NCBI GenBank assembly: GCA_963667845.2
Contig: CAXXVL010000001.1
Coordinates: 480,001 to 544,000, forward strand
Source of the DNA: Smithellaceae bacterium
GTDB lineage: Bacteria > Desulfobacterota > Syntrophia > Syntrophales > Smithellaceae
Length of the DNA: 64,000 bases
Direction of reading: 5' to 3'
The translations under genes and the position numbers were made by a program. Shown in pieces: positions 19,610 through 28,784 of the stretch; within the stretch, counting starts at the first letter, position 1, and every line of letters starts with the position of its first letter. The notes under the pieces were generated by a model, which had not been told where the DNA came from, searched no databases, and saw nothing but the letters and a program-made list of their open reading frames with translations.

Positions 19610-21004
19610 ATGACAATTGATTTAAGGCCTCTATTTCATCCTGAAGCTATCGCCATTATAGGAGCATCATCAGATAAAAGCAAATTCAGTAGTCTTGTTG
19701 TCGCGGTCATGGAAATGCTGGGATACAAGGGCCATCTATATTTGGTCAATCCAAACACAAATGCAATTCCCGGCAAAAAGGTTTATGCAACCGTACTGGA
19801 CATTCCATACCCGGTGGATCTAGCCGTCATCTTCGTCCCATCCCGCTTCGTCATTTCGGCCGTTAAGGACTGCGCTAAAAAGGGAGTCAAGATCGCAATC
19901 ATCCACAGTGCGGGGTTCGCAGAACTTGGAGGCGAAGGAAGGCTCCAGCAGGATGCCATCGTTCGGGTAGCGCAGTCTTCGGGCATGCGCGTCGTTGGAC
20001 CAAATTGTATGGGGGTCACGTCGCCGTCGTCAGGGATCAATATGGTAACAGCGCACTCTCCCGATGTCTATGAAGGGAATGTGTCTTTCGTCGGTCAAAG
20101 CGGATGGGCGACGGAATACGCCCTGGTCACGGGCACTGAAAGAGGCCTTGGGTTTAACACGGTCGTATCATGTGGCAACCAGGCGGATTTGAATATTTCC
20201 GACTATCTTGATTATTTTGGACGGGATTCCGAGACCCGGGTTATCGGTGCTTATGTTGAAGGATTCAAGGATGGTGCGCGTTTCGTTGCCACAACAAAAG
20301 AAGCCGCCTGCTGCAAGCCCGTTGTGATATGGAAAGCCGGTATGATGACCTCCGGCGCCCGCTTCACCCAGTCGCATACGGGATCGCTGGCGGGCAACGG
20401 AGAAATCGCCAGAGCGATTCTCGATCAGGCCGGCGCTACGGCGGCTGTCGATATCGAGGATGCGATGGACGCTATGGTTGCCTTCAATTCACCGTATCTG
20501 CCTGAGGGCAAAAGAGTTGGTATCATCGTTTCGACCGGCGGAATCGGCGTTGCGGCCTGCGACGCCTGTGAAGCTGCGGGACTTGAAATTCCTGGGCTTC
20601 CCGGGGATGTCCACGAAGAATTGATGGATTTCTTAAAGCAATACCTCCCGCCTTTCGCCGGAAGTTCGAATCCCATAGACCTCGTATGGGCTCCCATGGG
20701 CAAGAAGCATGAAATTCTCAGTCGCTCGCTGGAATTGATGGCGCCATGGGTTGACGTTATCATATGCGCGATATACCCTAACGGGGATGATCATTATGAT
20801 GAATTTGCCCGTTTCTTCGGAAAAATGGTCCATCAAATCAAGAAACCCATTCTGACCGTACCGCCTTACGGGCATGTCATGCAGACATTTATGCAGTCAA
20901 GCACCAAGTACGGCGTGCCTTCCTTCACAAGCATCGAGAGGGCTGTCAGGGCGCTAACGCATCTCATCCGCCGTTCTGAATGGTTGAAAGGAAACAAGGG
21001 CTGA
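19610..21004 (+). CDS. Acyl/acetate-CoA ligase (NDP-forming) alpha-type subunit
   Basis: LFHPEAIAIIGAS, RVVGPNCMG, VGQSG, SCGNQAD, phospho-His motif SHTGSLAG; no ATP-grasp domain. Confidence 0.9.
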   Translation: MTIDLRPLFHPEAIAIIGASSDKSKFSSLVVAVMEMLGYKGHLYLVNPNTNAIPGKKVYATVLDIPYPVDLAVIFVPSRFVISAVKDCAKKGVKIAIIHSAGFAELGGEGRLQQDAIVRVAQSSGMRVVGPNCMGVTSPSSGINMVTAHSPDVYEGNVSFVGQSGWATEYALVTGTERGLGFNTVVSCGNQADLNISDYLDYFGRDSETRVIGAYVEGFKDGARFVATTKEAACCKPVVIWKAGMMTSGARFTQSHTGSLAGNGEIARAILDQAGATAAVDIEDAMDAMVAFNSPYLPEGKRVGIIVSTGGIGVAACDACEAAGLEIPGLPGDVHEELMDFLKQYLPPFAGSSNPIDLVWAPMGKKHEILSRSLELMAPWVDVIICAIYPNGDDHYDEFARFFGKMVHQIKKPILTVPPYGHVMQTFMQSSTKYGVPSFTSIERAVRALTHLIRRSEWLKGNKG

Positions 21005-21228
21005 GAATGCAGGGATGGCACCGCGGATTCCATGCGTTCATGGCAACCGGGCTGAAGTCTCGACGTGGCCAATTCCGAAAATTAAAACATCGGTGATGGA
21101 TTTGTCCCGTGATGTTCTTCCTGAACGCATCAATTGACGAATTCTAAAAATCATGCAACGTTACAAACGTAAATCGTTGAAATAGTATGACACACCCCTA
21201 TGGGACTAGATTATATGCGAGGTTGGTT

Positions 21229-22524
21229 TTGAAGAAATTAATTGCGTATGTATTAATCTTTACGATTTTGACTTTGTTGGCCGGCTGCGCAACTTCATTG
21301 CATACAGCATCCTCAACCGGCGATACCAAGGCGGTTATTGAGCTATTGGACAAAGGAACCCATAATATAAACGAGCAGGGGCCAACAGGCTTTAGCCCCT
21401 TAATGTATGCTGCAGCGAATGGACATATTGATACGGTTCGGCTCTTACTCGACAAGGGCGCAGACATACATGCCATTGGAAGCGGGGGTGACGCCCTTTT
21501 TTGGGCCGCCGAAGAAGGCCATGCCGATGTAGTTAAACTACTCATTGACAGAGGCAGCGATGTAGATACTGCAATCGCAAGTCTGGAAATGTGCGTCAAC
21601 GGCACCGGCGGCGCCGTTTGGAACGACCGTATAAGAACCGGATGTAAAACTGGGTTTCTTACGCTGAAAAGACTGGCAAAGCAGCAACCGCCGTCAAAAC
21701 AGCCTGAAATCATGTCTGCCAAGGCATCCCCAGACGCCTTTCCCGGCATCAAATCCGATATTGACGAGCTTCCATCATTTAAAACAAAACCCAATAAAAA
21801 TGCCTACGCCATCGTCATTGGTGTTGAAAACTATCGGCAAAAGCTCCCGAAGGCCGAATATGCGACGCAGGATGCAAGGCTCGTCACCGACTATCTGGTG
21901 AAGGCGATGGGCTACCCTGCACAAAATGTCATCACGCTTCTGAACGATCATGCGACCAATGTCGATCTGGTAAAGTATTTTGAGCAATGGCTGCCAAACA
22001 ATGTTGAAAAAGGAAGTACGGTATTTGTCTATTATTCAGGTCACGGTGCGCCGAATATCAAAACCGGCGATGCTTATCTGGTGCCTTACGACGGCGATCC
22101 GGCGTTTATCAACCAAACCGGCTATTCTTTGAAAAGATTGTACAATGCACTCGGCAAGCTCCCGGCAAAAGAAATTATCGTCGCACTCGATTCCTGTTTT
22201 TCGGGAGCCGGCGGTAGATCGGTACTTCCCAAAGGGGCGCGGCCTCTGGTGATGAATCTCCAGAGCAATATTGTTTTGTCTGAGAAGCTGACAGTTTTTT
22301 CCGCCTCATCGGGCGAACAAATCAGTTCGACGTATGATGAAAAAGGGCATGGACTCTTTACCTACTTCCTACTTAAAGGCATAAAGAATGAAGACGTAAT
22401 AAAGCAAGATGGTTCCATCAATACGAGTGACCTGTTCAGTTATATCAAACCCCAGGTGGAGCTCATTGCGCGGAAGCAATTCAACAACGAACAAACGCCG
22501 CAGTTGCTGGGAGGAAAGAATTAA
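21229..22524 (+). CDS. Lipoprotein with ankyrin repeats and C-terminal caspase-like (peptidase C14) domain
   Basis: Probable TTG start at 21229 (ORF is open from 21187); lipobox LLAGC; ankyrin motifs SPLMYAAANGH and ALFWAAEEGH; YAIVIGVENY, YYSGHG, ALDSCFSG, HGLFTYFLLKG. Confidence 0.88.
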   Translation: MKKLIAYVLIFTILTLLAGCATSLHTASSTGDTKAVIELLDKGTHNINEQGPTGFSPLMYAAANGHIDTVRLLLDKGADIHAIGSGGDALFWAAEEGHADVVKLLIDRGSDVDTAIASLEMCVNGTGGAVWNDRIRTGCKTGFLTLKRLAKQQPPSKQPEIMSAKASPDAFPGIKSDIDELPSFKTKPNKNAYAIVIGVENYRQKLPKAEYATQDARLVTDYLVKAMGYPAQNVITLLNDHATNVDLVKYFEQWLPNNVEKGSTVFVYYSGHGAPNIKTGDAYLVPYDGDPAFINQTGYSLKRLYNALGKLPAKEIIVALDSCFSGAGGRSVLPKGARPLVMNLQSNIVLSEKLTVFSASSGEQISSTYDEKGHGLFTYFLLKGIKNEDVIKQDGSINTSDLFSYIKPQVELIARKQFNNEQTPQLLGGKN

Positions 22525-22793
22525 GGACGCTGTAGCGAAGATCAAGATCACCTCTCTTTACACGATTTCAAATCGTAATACTCAGTGTTGAGACTTTTCA
22601 AAATTACCTGTTTGTAGGTGTAATGAATATCAAGACAACACTTAAGTGACCACTCTCTGTATAGTCGAGTGTTGATTGTCGCAGGCGATAGAAGGGGAAA
22701 GAAACCCAAGAACTGACACCGAGCCGGCTGAATCGATTTGATCATTCATCTTTGCAGCCGGTTCGGCTTCCATTCGTCGGCGGTCTCTGCTTC

Positions 22794-23312
22794 TTAATCT
22801 TCCAAGCTTACACGAAACCGGCAGACCTTGTCCCCTTTGGTCAGCAGTTTGGTAAAGCCGCTGGTTTTGAATTTCGGGTTGAGCTCGGCCGCCATGCCGC
22901 GGAGCGATTCTCCGAGCAGGATTTCACACAACTCCGGCTCTTTGGACCATGGTTTCGTAACCGGGCAGGTCTTCAGTTCTTTTTCAAAGGCTTTCGGCGT
23001 GTTCTCAACGTACCCGTCCCAGAAATTGGCAAACGTATCGTCGATCAGATCATGCACTTTGGGCAGAGCCAGGCAGTCGTGAAAATCTTCCGGCTTCGTG
23101 CCGGTGAGCGACATCCACATCTTCGCGCCTTTTTGGCCCTGCTTGTAGTATTCTTCTTTTAGACGCTCGACAAACTTTTCGCCGCCGACTTCTTTCCCGA
23201 CCCTATAGAGGACGACCATCTGCCTGGCCAGAGATTCCGTCCAGTTTTTGTAGCGTTTGCCCATTTCTTCTTCACTGATCGGATACTTTTCATAATCGGG
23301 TGTCTCTTTCAT
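22794..23312 (-). CDS. ATC-hydrolase-like / V4R-like protein
   Basis: RBS AGGAGG; TCPVTKPW...LC...KLLTKGDKVCRF Cys pattern. Confidence 0.65.
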   Translation of the reverse strand: MKETPDYEKYPISEEEMGKRYKNWTESLARQMVVLYRVGKEVGGEKFVERLKEEYYKQGQKGAKMWMSLTGTKPEDFHDCLALPKVHDLIDDTFANFWDGYVENTPKAFEKELKTCPVTKPWSKEPELCEILLGESLRGMAAELNPKFKTSGFTKLLTKGDKVCRFRVSLED

Positions 23313-23383
23313 GGTTTACCCTCCTGTCGATAAAAAAATATTGCGCTGATCATTCTGTTTTTTGTCCGCGCGTCCTTTCTGTT

Positions 23384-24952
23384 CTAAAACTTTGTCGGCC
23401 AGTTGGCAAGCCCGTGTTCTCCGATGCCGCCCGTGCGCTGGTCTTCGCAGATGCCCAGCGCACGGATGATGAAATTGCGCGTGTCCCGCGGGTCGATAAC
23501 ATCCTGGAAGAAATGCGCCTGCGCCGCTGAATACGGTGCGCTGTCTCTGACCATTTCCGAAATGTATTGGTCTTTCTGGGCCTGGAGCTCCGGTGAATTG
23601 GCCATCTTTCCGGCAAACACGATATTGGCCGCAATTTCCGGTGCGACGAAACTTACTTCCGCCGTCGGCCAGGCGACGATAAAATCCGTCCGGCATCCCG
23701 GGCCGGCCATCGTGTGAAACGCCATCCCATAAGCTTTGCGGACAATCACCGTAATTTTGGGAACCGTGATCTGCCCCAGGGCGTTCATGAAGTTCATTAC
23801 TTTAGCGCCCACGCGGTTGCGCTCTGCTTCTCTGCCGACCAGAAATCCCGGCGTGTCTTCAAAGAAGAGCAGGGGGATGTTGAAGGAATCGCACAAAACC
23901 AGAAAGCTGGTAATTTTATCAATGCCGTTGGTATCGATTGCTCCCGCGCCGAAAGACGGCTGATTGGCGACAAAGCCGACGACTTGTCCGTTGATGCGCG
24001 CCAGGGCAGTGATGACGCTTTTGGCGAAAGTGGGCTTTATGGGAAACAGAATGCCGCCGTCGGCAATCGTGCTTAAAATCTTATTCATGTCATACGCCCG
24101 GTTTCTTTTCTCGGGCAGAATGCCGAGGATTTTATCCATGCTGCCGCCCGATCCCGCGGGAACGGAAAGCACGGGCGGCTTTTCATCGCAGTGCGAGGGC
24201 ATATAGGAGAGATACTCACGGATGATGTCCAGACACTCTTCATCATTTTCGGCGACGCGGTCGATATTGCCGGTGATCTCCGAGTGAACCTTCCATCCGC
24301 CCAGTTCTTCGTCGGTAATCTTTTCGCCGATCGCCAGCTCCAGCACCCGGGGTCCGGAAACGCCCATGGCGCTTCCCTTGACCTGGACGACAAAATCGGC
24401 AAGACAGGCCATCCAGGTCGGCATCCCGTAGCATTCGCCCATGACGGCGGTGACCAGAGGAGACTTGCGCACGCGGCTCATCGCCTGCACAAAGGTGTCG
24501 TAACCGCCGCCTCCGTATGAAGCAAGCCCCTTCGCCCCCATAATGTCCGGCATCCTCGCCCCGCCGGCTTCGCCCAGATAGACCAGCGGGAACCCCCGGC
24601 GTACGGCTTCACTCTTGATATCCACTTCTTTGCGCGCTGCGACGCGGCTGCTGGTGGCCGCAAGCACCGTAAAGTCGTTCGCGATGACGGCTACGGGCCT
24701 CCCGTTGATTTTTCCGTACCCGCCTATTTTGCTGTCCGCCGGCGTTTTGTCTTCCATTCCGGGAACGTCCGAACAATTGAACATCCCGACTTCCAGAAAA
24801 GTGTCGGGGTCCAAAAGACGCCCAATGCGCTCCCGCGCCGTCAGTTTATTTTTGTCGTGTTGAATTTTGATTTTTGCCGGTCCGCCCATCTGCCGGGCTT
24901 TTTCTCTTAACGTCGTCAGGTGATCCAGTTCTTTTTCAAATGGCATGCTCAT
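23384..24952 (-). CDS. Acyl-CoA carboxylase/decarboxylase carboxyltransferase subunit
   Basis: KLTARERI, NDFTVLA, GGARMP, EELGG, DTPGFLVG, VIDPRDTR. Confidence 0.92.
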   Translation of the reverse strand: MSMPFEKELDHLTTLREKARQMGGPAKIKIQHDKNKLTARERIGRLLDPDTFLEVGMFNCSDVPGMEDKTPADSKIGGYGKINGRPVAVIANDFTVLAATSSRVAARKEVDIKSEAVRRGFPLVYLGEAGGARMPDIMGAKGLASYGGGGYDTFVQAMSRVRKSPLVTAVMGECYGMPTWMACLADFVVQVKGSAMGVSGPRVLELAIGEKITDEELGGWKVHSEITGNIDRVAENDEECLDIIREYLSYMPSHCDEKPPVLSVPAGSGGSMDKILGILPEKRNRAYDMNKILSTIADGGILFPIKPTFAKSVITALARINGQVVGFVANQPSFGAGAIDTNGIDKITSFLVLCDSFNIPLLFFEDTPGFLVGREAERNRVGAKVMNFMNALGQITVPKITVIVRKAYGMAFHTMAGPGCRTDFIVAWPTAEVSFVAPEIAANIVFAGKMANSPELQAQKDQYISEMVRDSAPYSAAQAHFFQDVIDPRDTRNFIIRALGICEDQRTGGIGEHGLANWPTKF

Positions 24953-25203
24953 GTCCTCATCATATTTCTATATTTTGATCGATCCGGCGCAGCCGCGCAG
25001 GACGAATCATTTGCGGACATTAATATCTCTGAAAATTTTTTTATGTCAAGCAAATGTCGGAGTCCCGATAGGAGGAAGGGATGAATTCAAAGGGCGGACA
25101 AGAAGAACGCTCTGAAAAAATTAAGTTACTAATCAGACTTACACGGCGGCGCGCAGGATCCATTTTTTCATTCGTGTATGCAGGCGGTTCCGGTTTTAAT
25201 CGT

Positions 25204-25602
25204 TTAAAGGATCTGTTTCCGGGCGTCGGGTCCGCTCTTCACGGTATAAACGCCGGTGATTTTTCCCACGATGGCCGACTTCGGGTGCAGCGTCGCCCGG
25301 ATGCCGTGGACCCATTCGACGTCCTCGCGAAAAATTTCATCGTCCGTATGGATCGTAATAGCGGCCTTGATCTGGAAGCCGCCCTTTTCTCCCCACCAGG
25401 CAAGCGCGACTTGGGGATTCTCCTGCAGGTTCTTCAGGGTCTTCATGAAAAACTGATCGGAGATGAGGAGCGTCTCATCATCCAGAAACTTGAAGGCGCC
25501 CACAGGCACCACATTGGGCGTACCGTCTTTTGAAGCTGTCGAAAGGTAAGCGACCTTTGTTGCCTTCAGACTTTCTTTAATCTCTTCCGTTACTTTAACC
25601 AC
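25204..25602 (-). CDS. Pyridoxamine 5'-phosphate oxidase-like flavin-binding protein
   Basis: LSTASKDGTPNVVP, FMKTLKNLQENP; GTG start with RBS AGGAGG. Confidence 0.88.
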   Translation of the reverse strand: MVKVTEEIKESLKATKVAYLSTASKDGTPNVVPVGAFKFLDDETLLISDQFFMKTLKNLQENPQVALAWWGEKGGFQIKAAITIHTDDEIFREDVEWVHGIRATLHPKSAIVGKITGVYTVKSGPDARKQIL

Positions 25603-25684
25603 AAAATAATCCTCCTGTGAATGCGGCGTATAAACCGCCGCTTCTGAATAAGGACGTGAACATGAGCAGTTTCATGAGAGTCCT

Positions 25685-26212
25685 TTATATCACCGGCAGC
25701 TCCGCCTTCTTTTCTCTTTTCGCTTGTTCGTCCAGAATGATGCCGAGCGCCATGCGTGCCGCTTTTCCGACCAGCGTGGAGCATTGTTCGGGCAAGCCCG
25801 CGGCCTGAGCCGCCTTCATGTCTTCCATCTCGTAGAGATTGAAAAAGCGGCCGAATTGTTTGACCTGAATGTCATGGCAGCGGCAGGTGGAAAATTCCGC
25901 AATAAACTGTTCGTGAAATTTTTTCGCAAGCAGGAGCGCTTTGAGCTGTTTTCCCACTCTGGCCATGTCTTCTTTTTTTCTGCCGAAAAAGTAACCGATG
26001 GCGATGGTGCCGCCGGATAAAGCGCCGCAGTGCCCGTCGCCGGTGAGGCCCACGCCGTCGGCAAATCCCGTGGCCGCACGCACGACGTTATCATCGTCTA
26101 CGCCCAGCACTTCGAAAATGGCGGCAAGAGAGCATTGCGAGCAGTTGCCGCCTCCAAGTTCATAAGCTTTCGCCCGTTTGTAAACTTCGCCCAGCATTTC
26201 TTCTCTGTTCAT
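25685..26212 (-). CDS. C-GCAxxG-C-C family putative redox protein
   Basis: NCSQC, HCGALSGG, CRCHDIQ, EQCSTLV. Alternative start at 26233. Confidence 0.88.
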   Translation of the reverse strand: MNREEMLGEVYKRAKAYELGGGNCSQCSLAAIFEVLGVDDDNVVRAATGFADGVGLTGDGHCGALSGGTIAIGYFFGRKKEDMARVGKQLKALLLAKKFHEQFIAEFSTCRCHDIQVKQFGRFFNLYEMEDMKAAQAAGLPEQCSTLVGKAARMALGIILDEQAKREKKAELPVI

Positions 26213-26229
26213 TTGCGTTCCTTCCCTGT

Positions 26230-27405
26230 TCATTTTTTGGCCTTCTCCAGAATTTCGGCAATACCCAGCACTTCCAGTTTATCTTCGAGGTTTTCCATCT
26301 TCACCGCATCGGTGAGCATCTTGGCGCAGTTGGGGCAGGCGACCGCAATGATACCTGCACCGGTCTCCAGCGCTTCACGGACGCGCACGCGCGAGGCGCT
26401 GTCCGGGGCTGTCCCCAGGATGTCCGTGAAGAAATTGCCGCCGCCTCCGCCGCAACAGAAGGCGTCCGGCCCGTGGCGGCGCATCTCGACGAGGCAGGCT
26501 TTGGGAATGGCATTGAGGACTTCCCGCGGCGCGCTGTATATCTGCTGATGCCGGCCCAGGTAACAGGGATCATGGTAGGTGATTGTTGCAGGCAGGGCTT
26601 TCAGCTTTATTTTTTTCTTTTTGATCAGGGAGGCGAGCACCTCGGTATAATGCAAAACCTTGAATTTGCCGCCGAGCGCCGGATAATCCTTTTTGAACGT
26701 GTTGAGAGCGTGGGGATCAAGCGTAATGATTTTCTGGACACCTTTGACCTTGAACTTTTCAATGTTGGCTTCCGCCAGTTTTGCAAACAGCCCCATCTCT
26801 CCCAACGTGCGCACGTCATTGCCGTCGCAGGTTTCTTCATTTCCCAGAATGCCCACGGATACGCCGGCATCGGCCAGCATCTTTCCTACGCTATGCGCCA
26901 TCTTCCGGCCGACTTCGTCGTAAGAGCCGACCGAGCCCGCATAGAAGAGGTACTCCTGGCTGGTGTAAGGTTTCAGTCCCGTGCCGCGGGCCCAGTCTCC
27001 GCGCTCCGATTGAGGCAGCTTGTAAGGGTTGCCGCTCACGGCGACCGCTTTGAGGTAATCGCGCACGCCGGGCGGGATTCGGCCTTCGCTTACCAGTTCG
27101 GCGCGTGTCTCCTGAAAAATATCCGTCAGGAAATCCTTAAACTTCGGAAAGACGCACTGGGTCTTGCAGTTGTCGCAGGTCACGCACGAAAACATGATTT
27201 CGGCAAAGTGGGGAGTAGTTTCCAGCTCACCATTGAGCCAGGCGCGGGTCAGCCACATCCGGCCGCCGGGCGAATAGGTGTCCCAGCTGAAGGCTTTATA
27301 GGAAGGGCAGTTGAAATCGCTGTAGTCCGCGGGAAATTTGCAGTAACCGCAGCGGAAGCAGCGATGGACGATATTTTCATGTTCGATGTGGCGTATGTAA
27401 GTCAT
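26230..27405 (-). CDS. Fe-S protein with ferredoxin-like N-terminus and CCG domain (HdrD/GlcF-like)
   Basis: CFRCGYC, CVTCDNCKTQC, YHDPCYLGR, CCGGGGG, ACPNC. Confidence 0.9.
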   Translation of the reverse strand: MTYIRHIEHENIVHRCFRCGYCKFPADYSDFNCPSYKAFSWDTYSPGGRMWLTRAWLNGELETTPHFAEIMFSCVTCDNCKTQCVFPKFKDFLTDIFQETRAELVSEGRIPPGVRDYLKAVAVSGNPYKLPQSERGDWARGTGLKPYTSQEYLFYAGSVGSYDEVGRKMAHSVGKMLADAGVSVGILGNEETCDGNDVRTLGEMGLFAKLAEANIEKFKVKGVQKIITLDPHALNTFKKDYPALGGKFKVLHYTEVLASLIKKKKIKLKALPATITYHDPCYLGRHQQIYSAPREVLNAIPKACLVEMRRHGPDAFCCGGGGGNFFTDILGTAPDSASRVRVREALETGAGIIAVACPNCAKMLTDAVKMENLEDKLEVLGIAEILEKAKK

Positions 27406-28784
27406 GAGTTCACCTCCCAGTTGCCGGGATTCATGATCCCGCAGGGATCAAGGTTTTTCTTGATCATCTGGAGGAGCTTGAGGGCATTGGGCTCCATCTT
27501 CTCCATGACCATTTTCTGTTCCATGTAATTGGGCTTCCAGGGAATGCCGCCCATCTCCAGAGCAAATGACGTTGCTTCATCCAGTGCATGCTTGACCCGG
27601 GTCATCATGGCCGGATCGTTGCGGTTGAAGGCAAACGAAATGCTGAACATCATGCAGTGGCCGCCGGAAATGAGACGGGCGGAACTGGCGTAAAGAACAT
27701 CATACTTCCGGGCCAGTTCGACGACTTTGGCGGCATACTGCGGGAAATGTTCGATGATCGTGATCGGCCCCGAATACTCGAATCCGCCGCCTTTGGGGAC
27801 GTCCGCAAAATCGGCGATGTTCCGGCCGGGCATTTGCAGAAGCGCTTCCTTCATATACTGGACGCTCATGAAGCCGCCGTCTTTCGAATCCATGAATTCC
27901 TGGAGGGTGTCCCAGATCATCTTTCGTTTGAATTCGATTTCCTCTTCCGTGTCCCCGGTAAAATAAAGGGTGATATGAAAGTTGCCCAGAAACATCAGCG
28001 GTTTGGGCTGGAACCAGACGTTCACGTCCTCCAGCATTTCCAGGTGGGTGAGCTTGTAGAGAATGACAGGCACCAGATCCACCCGGTCCGTTACAAACAA
28101 TTCCACTTCACGAATCTTTTTGTTGGGGAAAAGTTTCATGCCCACCTTGGTGATGATGCCCGTGGTGCCAAGCCATCCCAGGAACAATCCCGAAAGATCG
28201 GGGAGCGTCGGGCTCTTGGAAAACCAGTAAGGTCCGATGGACGGAGAGCCGATCCGGCAAACATCGCCCGTCGGCAGGACCACTTCCAATCCCGTGACCA
28301 TATCTGAATTGAAGCCGTATTGATTGGTGAGCCGGCCCTGGCCGTGGAGGGCGACGTTGGCGGCGATGGTTGTCGTGGGGGGCGCGTCGGGCAGGCTGTG
28401 CCGCAAGGTGGGATGGTTTTCCTGTAAGTAAGCCTTGAGCACACCCTGGGACGTTCCTCCCTCCACCACGGCGTAGCGGGCCATGGCGTTCACTTCCAGG
28501 ATTTTGTTCATCCGCTTCATATCCAGAACGATGCCGCCCCTGAGCGGAATTACCAGACCCGTCAGCGACATGCCGTTCCCCATCGGGACGACGGGGATTT
28601 TTTCACGGCAGGCGAGCTGGACAATTTTTTGCACCTCTTCGGTTGTTTTCGGCGCCACCACATAATCAGGCTGGTGCGGCGTCAGAACACCCGGGTCGCG
28701 TGAGTAGAACCAGAGTTCCTCCGGGGCATTGGAAACGCTTCTTTCTCCGACAATTTCGATCAGGGATTTCAGAATGTCGCTCAT
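27402..28784 (-). CDS. FAD-binding oxidoreductase (GlcD/D-lactate dehydrogenase-like)
   Basis: VVAPKTTEEVQKIV, LDMKRMNKILEV, GLEVVLPTG, GTTGIITK, LDPCGIMNPG; ATG 28784 overlaps the upstream stop. Confidence 0.92.
   Translation of the reverse strand: MSDILKSLIEIVGERSVSNAPEELWFYSRDPGVLTPHQPDYVVAPKTTEEVQKIVQLACREKIPVVPMGNGMSLTGLVIPLRGGIVLDMKRMNKILEVNAMARYAVVEGGTSQGVLKAYLQENHPTLRHSLPDAPPTTTIAANVALHGQGRLTNQYGFNSDMVTGLEVVLPTGDVCRIGSPSIGPYWFSKSPTLPDLSGLFLGWLGTTGIITKVGMKLFPNKKIREVELFVTDRVDLVPVILYKLTHLEMLEDVNVWFQPKPLMFLGNFHITLYFTGDTEEEIEFKRKMIWDTLQEFMDSKDGGFMSVQYMKEALLQMPGRNIADFADVPKGGGFEYSGPITIIEHFPQYAAKVVELARKYDVLYASSARLISGGHCMMFSISFAFNRNDPAMMTRVKHALDEATSFALEMGGIPWKPNYMEQKMVMEKMEPNALKLLQMIKKNLDPCGIMNPGNWEVNS

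Noticed and set aside
26473..27528. 351-aa plus-strand ORF (likewise 27588-28307 and 28838-29770)
   Set aside because: Antisense to well-supported Fe-S/FAD genes.
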